Of a stretch of DNA of 64,000 nucleotides, positions 26,782-36,405 are shown piece by piece. Position numbers and translations under genes: made by a program. Source of the stretch: a virus (Duplodnaviria > Caudoviricetes); IMG/VR virus record IMGVR_UViG_3300021255_000122, positions 16,228 through 80,227 of that record. One strand, written 5' to 3'. Position 1 is the stretch's first letter, and each line of letters starts with the position of its first letter. Below the pieces are notes generated by a model. The model ran no database searches. It worked only from the letters and a program-made list of their open reading frames with translations, and had not been told where the DNA came from.

Positions 26782-28551
26782 ATGGCGAGAAAAAGAAACG
26801 ATATTGTCTTATCACCGTTAGAGGATGGCAATCAAAAAAAAGCCATTCGCTCTAATGCCGATATTGTATGCTTTACGGGCGGTACGGGAGGTGGTAAGTC
26901 CGTTGCGCTTTATTATGCGCCAATAGAATATCTTTCTATGAACGATAATGCCAAGATTGTTTGTTTTATGCGCAACGTAAGTGATTTCTGGGGTGCAGGA
27001 AAAGTAAACGATACGCTAAAGAAAATGTACCCGTTGATAGATAGGACAACAAAACGCCAACCGCACGACCCGATAGGTGAAATTATCCGTAACCAAACGG
27101 ACATGGGTTTGAAATTCTACAACGGTAGCGAATTGAAATTCCAGCAACTTGACAACGAGAACCCGATTGTTATTGATAAGATAGCAAAAGGTTTGCAAGC
27201 CAAGAAACTTATCTTTGACGAATGCAATAAATTCGAATGGCGTACAATTACGTCGTTCTTTCCGCGTTTGCGTAGTGATAGCAAGGGAAAGGCGCAAATA
27301 TACCTTGCACAAAACCCCGAACGTGAATGTTTCTTGCGTAAACTATGCGGAAAGGGTGAACACGGAGGCGGTTGGATAAACGATGATGGAACGGTAGATA
27401 AGTCTATGGATGGTGTTGTTATGTATTTCAATATGCAAAACGGTGAAATAGACAAGACGTATTGGGGTAGAACGAAGCGTGAAGTTTACGAAAAATGCAA
27501 AGAGCACATAGATGCGCTCTTGCAACAAGACCCCGATATGTCGTATGAAGATTTCATCCTTTCCATGACATTCTTTACGTTTGACGTTCGCGACAACAAG
27601 AAAATGCTATCCAAAAACAAAGGTTATCGTGGTTTGGCCGCAAATTCAGCTACCGCAGCATCATCATATTCCGTGAATTGGAATTATTCGTTAGAGGATG
27701 AACAAAAAGAGGAAATAGACCTTTCAAGCGTTCAATTGTTGCCAACCGATATTGAAAGAATGTTTAGAAAAATGGAAATCCCAACCGATTCCGTTTGTCT
27801 TAAACGCTTTATGACAATGGATATGGCGACAACGGGATTTGATAATCTTGTTTTTAAATATTGGGAATTATGGTCGCGTTACGGTTATATATGTAAAGAT
27901 ATAAAATATTCTCTTTACAATACAAACCGCCAAGCCGTTATGGACGCAATAGCTTTTCGTGACAAGCACGATTTGCAAGAAAAACAAATGATTATTGACG
28001 TGCAAGGCTTTGGCTTTTTACGTGATTGTTTCCCAAGGGCAATATTGTTTAGCGGTTCTGGTAGCCCGTCGCAACGTTCTAAGGCGCAATTTAAGACGAT
28101 GAAAGACGAAGCAGGACACATTGCAATGGAAATGGTGCAATCGGGGCTTATTCACTACGAACCATCGCTTGCAAACATGCGATATACGCACCAAAATATG
28201 AAACGCCAAGCTACAACAATACAAAAGCACATGACGTTTGAACGCCTTATCTTTCAATTCCACAAAACGCCAAATGGCCGCTTGGAAATGATGAGGAAAG
28301 AGGATATGAAGAAACTATTGAAAGGTATGTCACCAGACCTTTTCGATAACGTTATATTGCTTTGCGGAGGCACTTGTTACGATTGTTATAGGATTTTGCG
28401 CGATGATGCAGGTGTTATGCGAAAACAAGTTCAAGCAAGCGATATGCTTACACTTTTGGGAGTAAATGATAATCAAATAGATACAAGGTTGCAGCGTGTA
28501 AGAAAGATACGTAATGCGAGCGAAATATTAAACGTTTTAAGTACAATATGA
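26782..28551 (+). CDS. terL: Terminase large subunit
   Basis: GGTGGGKS Walker A, LIFDE Walker B, MDMATTGFD and SPDLFD nuclease acidic residues. Confidence 0.85.
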   Translation: MARKRNDIVLSPLEDGNQKKAIRSNADIVCFTGGTGGGKSVALYYAPIEYLSMNDNAKIVCFMRNVSDFWGAGKVNDTLKKMYPLIDRTTKRQPHDPIGEIIRNQTDMGLKFYNGSELKFQQLDNENPIVIDKIAKGLQAKKLIFDECNKFEWRTITSFFPRLRSDSKGKAQIYLAQNPERECFLRKLCGKGEHGGGWINDDGTVDKSMDGVVMYFNMQNGEIDKTYWGRTKREVYEKCKEHIDALLQQDPDMSYEDFILSMTFFTFDVRDNKKMLSKNKGYRGLAANSATAASSYSVNWNYSLEDEQKEEIDLSSVQLLPTDIERMFRKMEIPTDSVCLKRFMTMDMATTGFDNLVFKYWELWSRYGYICKDIKYSLYNTNRQAVMDAIAFRDKHDLQEKQMIIDVQGFGFLRDCFPRAILFSGSGSPSQRSKAQFKTMKDEAGHIAMEMVQSGLIHYEPSLANMRYTHQNMKRQATTIQKHMTFERLIFQFHKTPNGRLEMMRKEDMKKLLKGMSPDLFDNVILLCGGTCYDCYRILRDDAGVMRKQVQASDMLTLLGVNDNQIDTRLQRVRKIRNASEILNVLSTI

Positions 28552-30059
28552 TTAGAATAAAAGACATTAATTGGTATCTTAGTGAACCTACAAGGCTTTT
28601 GCAAATGAAGCCTTTTACACGCGGTGGCAAGATGAATAGTCATGGGTTTGAAACGCAAGAAATCCTTAATAACACGACACTTGAAACTGGATTTGCGAAT
28701 CTTACCCTTAGACCTATATCGCAAGATACGTACATTACGGAATACAAGCCCGACTTGCATCACATTATTTATAATAAGACAATTCCGCATATTAAAGTGG
28801 TGTTGAATGGTGTTGAAATTCCAACGGGCGACATGGAATTAACGCAAACCGCAGCGTTTCAAAAACTTATCCATTCCGCGCATGTACGTAGCCTAACATC
28901 AAATCCGTTGGAATTTAACCTTTGCAACATTGACAAAGAACAAGGTGGTATTAACCAATTTGAATACGCAAAGAGTGAATGGAATTGGCGCAACATGGAT
29001 TGGTGGTTAGGACGTGCTATCAACACTTGCAAGCAACTCGGCAATTGCGGATTGTTGTTTAGTTTCGACCCACAAGAAGAAAAATATTCCGTTTCAAGCT
29101 ATAGCTACGAAGATGGCTATCAAGTCATTCCTAACTATGATGAATACGGAATTGAAATAGCGCGAACACTTTGCTATCAAATAGACAACACAACCGTAAT
29201 CGACACATACGACAACAAGTACCATTATCGTTGTACGAAAGGGTCAAACGGTTGGTCTATCCAAAAAGAAAAACACGGGTTTAGTAGATGCCCGTTGTTA
29301 ACGAAACGTGGAAAGGTTGCATGGGAATATGCGGAAAGTTCCATTGAAATATGGGAACTTATGGCAAACATTCAAGCAATTGCACTTAAACGTTTTGGAA
29401 CTTTTGCTTTGGCGTTTTGGGGAGAAATGGACAAGGAAACATTTTCCCGTGATTCATCAACGATGATTATCAATCTTTCAAGCGATACTACGCAAGGAAA
29501 GCAAGATGTTAAGGTGTTGGATTTTCCCGAACCGCAAACAATGGACGGTTTCTTGAAAACCGTAGAGGAAAAAATTTCGTTGTTTAGTTCAACTTCGTTT
29601 ATTACGCCAAAAGATATTACCGCAACAAATAGTGGTGGTAACGGAATTGCGCTTGCGATGTCTAACGACTATGCGCTTGCAACGCAGAGCGCGCTTGATT
29701 GGCGTAAATTCGTAAACGACATGGTGTATCTACACCAAGAAGGACTTGACCTTGAAAACAACGCTACCGAGAAATACGGAAAGCTACGCATTAGCGCAAA
29801 GATAGTTCCTTGGTCACTTGAAACAAACAATACAAAGATTACGAACTTGCAAATGGAATCCAAGTGGTTGTCAATGAAAACTATCATTGAAAAGTCACCC
29901 GATGCCGCGCCAAACGAGGTTGAGCGTATTATTGAAGAACGTGGCTCACTTATACCGCAAGATGGTATTAGTGATGCAGATAGCGAAAAAGCCGCAAGAA
30001 TATCCAAGAACAATAGTAACGAAATAGTTGATAATCAAGCCCAAACGGGACTTTCATAA
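28548..30059 (+). CDS. Portal protein (SPP1-like)
   Basis: Follows terL; 503 aa; SGGNGIAL and SMKTIIE motifs. Confidence 0.75.
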   Translation: MIRIKDINWYLSEPTRLLQMKPFTRGGKMNSHGFETQEILNNTTLETGFANLTLRPISQDTYITEYKPDLHHIIYNKTIPHIKVVLNGVEIPTGDMELTQTAAFQKLIHSAHVRSLTSNPLEFNLCNIDKEQGGINQFEYAKSEWNWRNMDWWLGRAINTCKQLGNCGLLFSFDPQEEKYSVSSYSYEDGYQVIPNYDEYGIEIARTLCYQIDNTTVIDTYDNKYHYRCTKGSNGWSIQKEKHGFSRCPLLTKRGKVAWEYAESSIEIWELMANIQAIALKRFGTFALAFWGEMDKETFSRDSSTMIINLSSDTTQGKQDVKVLDFPEPQTMDGFLKTVEEKISLFSSTSFITPKDITATNSGGNGIALAMSNDYALATQSALDWRKFVNDMVYLHQEGLDLENNATEKYGKLRISAKIVPWSLETNNTKITNLQMESKWLSMKTIIEKSPDAAPNEVERIIEERGSLIPQDGISDADSEKAARISKNNSNEIVDNQAQTGLS

Positions 30060-30445
30060 TGGAGGATTACAATATGGGATGGATGGAATTTGTATTAGGT
30101 ATAGCAACGTTGGTGTTAGGCACGGGATGGTTGTTTACATACCGTGCTTTCAAGAAACGAAACGAAGGCGAAGCCATGCAAGCCGAAGCAGGTGGATGGG
30201 AAGGCCAACAACGCGTATATCAAAACACTATTGCCGATTTGGAGAAATCATGCGAGTTTATCAGAAACGATAGGGATTTACTTAGAAAGGAAAACGAAGA
30301 ATTGCGTCGTGAAAACAAAGAACTTAGAGATAAGATTAACCATCTTGAAAGCGTTATTCTTGATATTAGAAAGGATATGGCAAGGCAAGGTAGGCGCATT
30401 GAATCTTTGACTAACAAAACAAAAAAAGGAAACCAATCAACGTAG
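30059..30445 (+). CDS. Holin-like membrane protein (N-terminal TM plus coiled coil)
   Basis: FVLGIATLVLGTGWLF TM; directly before the endolysin. Confidence 0.55.
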   Translation: MEDYNMGWMEFVLGIATLVLGTGWLFTYRAFKKRNEGEAMQAEAGGWEGQQRVYQNTIADLEKSCEFIRNDRDLLRKENEELRRENKELRDKINHLESVILDIRKDMARQGRRIESLTNKTKKGNQST

Positions 30446-30460
30446 TAAGGAGGACAAATA

Positions 30461-31078
30461 ATGCAAACACTAAGAATAGGTAGCCGAGGAAACGACGTAA
30501 AGATTCTACAACGCGCTTTGAATCTTTACGACGATGGAATATTTGGAAATTTGACACTTGAACGGGTAAAGGAATACCAAAAAAGCGTAGGACTTTACCC
30601 CGATGGAATAGTTGGCGATAAAACTTGGGAAAAGTTGCTTAACGGCAAATCGCAAATATCCGTATCAAAACGAAAGATTACGGAGATAATTGTGCATTGT
30701 ACGGCGACGCAAGAAGGAAAACACTTTACCGTTTCCGATATAACACGTTGGCACAAGCAACGTGGGTTTTCAACGATAGGTTATCATTACGTTATATATC
30801 TTGATGGCACAAGACATTTAGGACGTAACGTAAACATTAGTGGCGCACATTGTGAAAACCACAATTCGCATTCAATAGGCGTTTGTTACGTTGGTGGCCT
30901 TGCAAGCGATGGAAAGACACCAAAGGATACACGCACACAAGCGCAAAAAACGGCCTTGCTTGCGTTATTACGTGAATTACGTAGGGTTTACCCGATGGCA
31001 AGAATTTATGGCCATAGGGATTTCTCTTCCAAGGCTTGCCCATCGTTTGATGCCAAACGTGAATATTCAACAATCTAA
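30461..31078 (+). CDS. Endolysin: peptidoglycan-binding domain plus N-acetylmuramoyl-L-alanine amidase (T7 lysozyme-like)
   Basis: DGIFG/DGIVG repeats; IIVHCTAT, IGYHY, GAHC, SIGVCYVGG, GHRD, KACPSF. Confidence 0.93.
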   Translation: MQTLRIGSRGNDVKILQRALNLYDDGIFGNLTLERVKEYQKSVGLYPDGIVGDKTWEKLLNGKSQISVSKRKITEIIVHCTATQEGKHFTVSDITRWHKQRGFSTIGYHYVIYLDGTRHLGRNVNISGAHCENHNSHSIGVCYVGGLASDGKTPKDTRTQAQKTALLALLRELRRVYPMARIYGHRDFSSKACPSFDAKREYSTI

Positions 31079-31090
31079 AACACGAATATT

Positions 31091-31561
31091 ATGATAGACA
31101 AAGAAAAAATAGAATATGCAAGAATATGGCATGAACAACAAAAACAAAACGTTGGTTGTGGAACGCCTTTGTATGTTTGCATCATTATTGCCGTTATCCT
31201 TTTCTTTTCGTCTTGCGCAACACGTACCGTAATAGAATATCGTGACCACGACGTTAATCACTACATAACGAAAGTAGAAAAAGATACGGTAACACAAAAC
31301 ACAAGGGATAGCATCTATTTTGAAGTAATACAAAAAGGCGATACGGTGTTTGCTACTAAGTATAAGGAAAAATATATCTATTTAGACAAAATCCAAATAA
31401 GATGCGATACATGTTGGCGCGATAGTGTTGTAACGGAATACAAGGAAAACGTAAGGGAAATAAAAAAAATACCTAAAATCTATAAGGTTTCACTTGTGTT
31501 TTCAATCCTTTGTGTTATATTTGCAATATTAAAATTTGTAAGATGGCTAAAGAAACGTTAG
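31091..31561 (+). CDS. Spanin-like lipoprotein
   Basis: Hydrophobic stretch plus lipobox FSSC; C-terminal TM; after the endolysin. Confidence 0.6.
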   Translation: MIDKEKIEYARIWHEQQKQNVGCGTPLYVCIIIAVILFFSSCATRTVIEYRDHDVNHYITKVEKDTVTQNTRDSIYFEVIQKGDTVFATKYKEKYIYLDKIQIRCDTCWRDSVVTEYKENVREIKKIPKIYKVSLVFSILCVIFAILKFVRWLKKR

Positions 31562-34500
31562 GAAGAAATATCACGTTCCCGATATACAACGAGAACGGCA
31601 CATCGTTCCACAACCTTGTTTTAAAAAGAGCCGTTGTGGATAGTGTTGTTATGTCGCTTGGTGACAAGATAACTGGTGATGTATATTACAAAGACAACGC
31701 CCTCGATGTAACGATGCGTGAATATATCTTGTACAAGAAAAATCCAGAGGATGAAAACGAAGATGCGGTAAAATACGTTCTTGTTAGCCCACCTACGATA
31801 GTACGCGAAGGTATGGTTTCGGACAATTCCGAATTAAAAGGAATGACAAAATACTCGTTCGTTTTCTATCATCCTATGTATGTGTTGAACAACATTCCTT
31901 TTAGCGATGTTGCCGTTACAAGCGAACAAGAAAGGTATTTATCGCAAAACAAGGAGTTTTCTTGGATTGGCTACCCAGACGATTATATTGCAAAGATAAG
32001 CAAGAATTTACAGCAAACACAATGGACGGTAGAGAAAAGTTCACGTTTCCCAACCGATAAAGATAGTGTTCTTAGCGGTGTTTTGTCTTTTAGCAACAAT
32101 ACTATTGCCGATGCATTAAAAACATGGTACGACACATGGGAAATACCTTATGTGATTGACGTTGTAAAAAGCGGCGAACAAGGGTATTCCAACGGAAAGC
32201 GTTTCAAGATTGTATTCGGCTTACCGTCAACGGAAATCTACCAACAAAACGGTAGTACGCCTTTTGTGTTTGAAATGGGAAAGGGTGTTGGTTTAAAGAA
32301 CAATTCCCGAACGCCACGTAACAATAAAATCGTTACACGAATAAGTGGTTACGGTAGTGAAAGCAATATCCCTTATGGCTATCCGCAAATTATTTGGACG
32401 GGCGACCAATCATGGGATTACACGATAAACAACGCAAGCGGAATGCAAACAATTACCGTTGGCGGTAGGACAATACAAGCGATGTCTTACCCAATTTATG
32501 ACGGTATTGTTGGTGGCCAAAAAGTAAGGCTTATCAAGCATCCGTTTACGCGCACACACCTTATGCCAACGGTTTATTCGGACACGGTAAACAAAAAGGT
32601 GAACCCACGTAATCCGAACTATAATCCTAACGGCGAAATCATTGATTATTACGATGCAATTGCAACGCAAGAATATCAATACCCTAACGAAATAGACCAA
32701 AATTCACCGTCTTACGAAATACACGAATTTGACGTTAAGCCAGAAATGAGTGATGGTGGCGAGGATATTGAAATTGTAAACGCCGTACCACTTAATGCCG
32801 ACCTAACACCTGCCGATTCTTGGGATGATTCCATAGACGATGATGGTAATTTCCTACAAAGTTATTTTAGGTTGGATTTGCCTATATTTCCGTTTGATTT
32901 GTATGCGTGTGCATCCATAACCGAGGAAATGAGCGTTAATATGCGTTCGGGTGCTTGTATCGGGTGTACATTCAATGTACAAGTTGATTGGGAAGAATAT
33001 AAGCGTAATTTCTACAAGGAAGATGGTACGTTTGACCCTGTAATCCATACGGAAAGCGGTGACGGACACGTAAGAGACGGTAGTAGATTCCCCGATAGTA
33101 GCCAAACGGCAATAAGCCTTATTGTTCAAAAAGACAACGAAACATTTGGTACAATCATGCCAAATGTGTACCAACAACCACATAGCGGTGATGCTTTTGT
33201 CGTGTTGGGAATATCGTTGCCCGTTGAATATATCACAAACGCCGAGGAAACACTTGACGATGAAATGAAATCGTATATGCTTGAAAACAACGTGCATTAT
33301 TACGATTATCCTTTGAAATTCGACGAGTATTTCTTGGCTACACATACAAATATCCTAACTCAACTAAAGCCAAATGCCATTGTTCATTTCGCCTTTGGTG
33401 ACATAGAACAACCGCTTGAATTGTATGTTAAGCAACTTACCGTAAAATACGGATATAATGTATTACCGCAATACGACATTACGCTAACGGACAACGTAGA
33501 GGTGGTTCTTAACCAAATAGGACAAGTTGCCGATGATGTGGAAAGGCTATCTTCGATAATCTCCATGATGCGTGAAAACTATTCGCGTAACGTATGGGGT
33601 GAGATAGCAAAGAAACTATCAAAGGTTAGCGATGATACGGCAAAGGGTAAGATTACGTTCGAAAAGGGAGCGGAATTTGGAACATACAATAGTGGTGCAC
33701 TTGGAAGCGGAGGTGCTATCAACATAGACCAAAACGGCAATTCTAATGCCGAATTTGATTTCCTTACGATACGAAAAGCCGCAACGTTTAGGACAATAAC
33801 GATTCTTGAATTGAAACACGTTGGCGGTGAACTTGGATTAACCGCTGGCGCAATGAAAGTTTCGGCGGTAGAGGAAACCGAAACCGCATACCGTTGTTAC
33901 TTCGATACAAGCGATGGCACAAAGCAAGTGTATCAAGAATTTGTTGTAGGCGACCAAGCACGTTGCCAACAATTCCGACTTGCACAAAATGCAAGCGGAA
34001 TGACAACTACGCATTACTATTGGCGACTTGTAACGGGTGTTGGCGAAAACTACGTTGATTTGTCCAAGACGGATGCCGATACGGGTAGTGGCATTCCACA
34101 AGCAGGTGACGAGGTAATCCAATTAGGTTATCGCAACAACGACCACCCAGAACGCCAATCAGCAATCATTCTTTCGGCGGTTGAAACACAAGCACCTTCC
34201 ATAAGATATTACCAAGGGATTAATAGCTACAACTTAACGAACACTATTGTCAAGGAAGAATATTACGACCCAGACCCTAACGATAAAAAATTTCATTCAA
34301 ACACTTACGGTGAAAGTTATGTAGGAGACAAGAACGAAACTACCTACATGAAATACACGCAAAACGGTGGTGTTGAAATCAAGGGTAAGGTGGAAATGTC
34401 AAGTGCAAGCACTCTTGATGGAAGTAACTTGGGAAGTGTGTTAACCGCAATTAATGGAACGGCAACGACAGCAAACACCAATGCGCAAAATGCACAAACT

Positions 34501-36387
34501 GCTGCTGGCAATGCCCAGAGTGCTGCTGATGCTGCACAATCTACGGCTAACACGGCTAACACAAACGCCACAAATGCACAAACCGCCGCAAGCAATGCGC
34601 AATCAACCGCAGATGCGGCAAATACCGCCGCAAGTAATGCTGCCACAGCCGCACAAACGGCACAAACCGCCGCAAATAACGCGCAAACTGCTGCTGATAA
34701 TGCTCAAACATCAGCCGACCAAGCAAACACAACGGCAAACGCAACCGCAACTACCGTAGCCAATCTTTCTACGGGAAATCAAAATCTTTTGCGTAATAGC
34801 GGATTTACGGGGGATTATCTACCTGAAGATTCCGCAACAAGTGTCGAAGTGAATGATGGTACTTTCTTGTTTTCCAACCCGTTTGACCATTGGACAACGA
34901 CAAATGCAACTGCCATTTCTTCGGTAGAAAGTGTTACTGGTATGGCTGTGGTATTAACAAACGGCTCTTTGCAGCAAACGCTTGAAACGCCTTTGATTGC
35001 AAGCGGAAACTACATATTTTCGTTTAAAGCAAAAGGAACGTCGATAAGTTTCACTATTGGTTCTTATTCCTATACGCAAGCACTAACAAATACGGCTACA
35101 AGATACACGTTCAAGTTCATTGCGCAAAGTGCTTCAACTGCTTTTGCGATAACGTCATCAACGTGTACCGTTATGGAGCTTCAACTTGTACAAGGAACTG
35201 TACCAAATACCGATTGGATAAACAACCCAAATGACAACGACAAAGCACTTGCATATTTCCAAAACCTTACATATCTCACGAATGCTATTGTAAACGGAAG
35301 TACAAGTATTCTTGGCGGTTTGATTCTTTCCAACCAGATAAGAGTTGGCAACTACCGTGACGGTTCAATGGTACAAGAGACTGGAGGTATAGCAAGTCAA
35401 TCAAGTTATGAGTTTGAAGAAAGCGGTGGCACAAGTGGATTGTACACGGGTTCAAATAGTCCTTTCCTTTGGGGAGGAGGAACTATGGAAAAAGCATTCT
35501 ATACTATTGCTAAATACGATGAGAATCCTAATTACGAGCCATCCGCAAGCGAACTTGCAAATTTGATGGCAAAATTCGTTGTGACACACGGTGGTAGGGC
35601 AATTCTTAATGATATTATTCTTCGCGGAGTAATATATGCCGTGAGCGGAAAAATAGGTGGGTTTGATATTGGTGTGGACAAATTAAAAAACACCAATTAT
35701 GCGGCTTCAATTAACATATCTAACGATGCTACAAACCCAACACAAAACACAATTATAGGTGGCGAAGCCGTAGATACTTTTACGAACAAGAAATGTGCAA
35801 TGGTTGCAAGGAATGTTACGCCTTCACAGACACACAACACGGCCTTGTTCTTGGTGGCTCAGGGAGCAAATTACAACTATGCTTTTCACGGAGAAGGCAA
35901 TGGTGTACTTAATGGTGTAATGTATGGTTACAAAACCGCATTGTTGTCATTAAAGACACAAGAAACACAAATAAACCTAACGCAAGGTTCAACTTTTCTT
36001 GTGACAGAAAGAACTGGCACGGATGATGATAAGAGATTTATATTGATGCCAAAACTTAGTCAAGTACAACAAACACTTGGACTACCACAGACGTTTTCAC
36101 AAGAAAATTCAACACCGTTTTCAATAGAAATAAACATAATGTATTATTCGCCCGTAACCACAAAAATAAGACTTATTTTTAGAGGATATACTGGCTACAC
36201 GGATAGTCAATACCCATATTTGCATTATGACGATGATAATATTCATACGGGTGATAGCGAATCGAGTATTGAAATGACGAGAGGTGATATAGTCAAATTG
36301 TTGCTCGTTTATTACCCCAACAAAGTTGCATCCTCTGGAGAACTTGCTCCCTATCAAGCAATCAAGATGGTTCATAATCATTCATAA
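31543..36387 (+). CDS. Large tail-tip / central fibre protein
   Basis: KIVTRISGYGSESNIPYGY hub-like motif, coiled-coil stalk, carbohydrate-binding-like domain; internal promoter TATATTTG at 31516-31523. Confidence 0.8.
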   Translation: MAKETLGRNITFPIYNENGTSFHNLVLKRAVVDSVVMSLGDKITGDVYYKDNALDVTMREYILYKKNPEDENEDAVKYVLVSPPTIVREGMVSDNSELKGMTKYSFVFYHPMYVLNNIPFSDVAVTSEQERYLSQNKEFSWIGYPDDYIAKISKNLQQTQWTVEKSSRFPTDKDSVLSGVLSFSNNTIADALKTWYDTWEIPYVIDVVKSGEQGYSNGKRFKIVFGLPSTEIYQQNGSTPFVFEMGKGVGLKNNSRTPRNNKIVTRISGYGSESNIPYGYPQIIWTGDQSWDYTINNASGMQTITVGGRTIQAMSYPIYDGIVGGQKVRLIKHPFTRTHLMPTVYSDTVNKKVNPRNPNYNPNGEIIDYYDAIATQEYQYPNEIDQNSPSYEIHEFDVKPEMSDGGEDIEIVNAVPLNADLTPADSWDDSIDDDGNFLQSYFRLDLPIFPFDLYACASITEEMSVNMRSGACIGCTFNVQVDWEEYKRNFYKEDGTFDPVIHTESGDGHVRDGSRFPDSSQTAISLIVQKDNETFGTIMPNVYQQPHSGDAFVVLGISLPVEYITNAEETLDDEMKSYMLENNVHYYDYPLKFDEYFLATHTNILTQLKPNAIVHFAFGDIEQPLELYVKQLTVKYGYNVLPQYDITLTDNVEVVLNQIGQVADDVERLSSIISMMRENYSRNVWGEIAKKLSKVSDDTAKGKITFEKGAEFGTYNSGALGSGGAINIDQNGNSNAEFDFLTIRKAATFRTITILELKHVGGELGLTAGAMKVSAVEETETAYRCYFDTSDGTKQVYQEFVVGDQARCQQFRLAQNASGMTTTHYYWRLVTGVGENYVDLSKTDADTGSGIPQAGDEVIQLGYRNNDHPERQSAIILSAVETQAPSIRYYQGINSYNLTNTIVKEEYYDPDPNDKKFHSNTYGESYVGDKNETTYMKYTQNGGVEIKGKVEMSSASTLDGSNLGSVLTAINGTATTANTNAQNAQTAAGNAQSAADAAQSTANTANTNATNAQTAASNAQSTADAANTAASNAATAAQTAQTAANNAQTAADNAQTSADQANTTANATATTVANLSTGNQNLLRNSGFTGDYLPEDSATSVEVNDGTFLFSNPFDHWTTTNATAISSVESVTGMAVVLTNGSLQQTLETPLIASGNYIFSFKAKGTSISFTIGSYSYTQALTNTATRYTFKFIAQSASTAFAITSSTCTVMELQLVQGTVPNTDWINNPNDNDKALAYFQNLTYLTNAIVNGSTSILGGLILSNQIRVGNYRDGSMVQETGGIASQSSYEFEESGGTSGLYTGSNSPFLWGGGTMEKAFYTIAKYDENPNYEPSASELANLMAKFVVTHGGRAILNDIILRGVIYAVSGKIGGFDIGVDKLKNTNYAASINISNDATNPTQNTIIGGEAVDTFTNKKCAMVARNVTPSQTHNTALFLVAQGANYNYAFHGEGNGVLNGVMYGYKTALLSLKTQETQINLTQGSTFLVTERTGTDDDKRFILMPKLSQVQQTLGLPQTFSQENSTPFSIEINIMYYSPVTTKIRLIFRGYTGYTDSQYPYLHYDDDNIHTGDSESSIEMTRGDIVKLLLVYYPNKVASSGELAPYQAIKMVHNHS
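34460..34760 (+). repeat. Ala/Thr/Asn/Gln heptad repeat (trimeric coiled-coil stalk)
   Basis: ANTNAQNAQTAAGNAQSAADAAQSTANTA... Confidence 0.8.
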
Positions 36388-36405
36388 AAACAACAATAAA
36401 GATAT

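Noticed and set aside
34460-34760. Ala/Thr/Asn-rich repeats as a novel element
   Set aside because: Ordinary coiled-coil stalk within the tail protein
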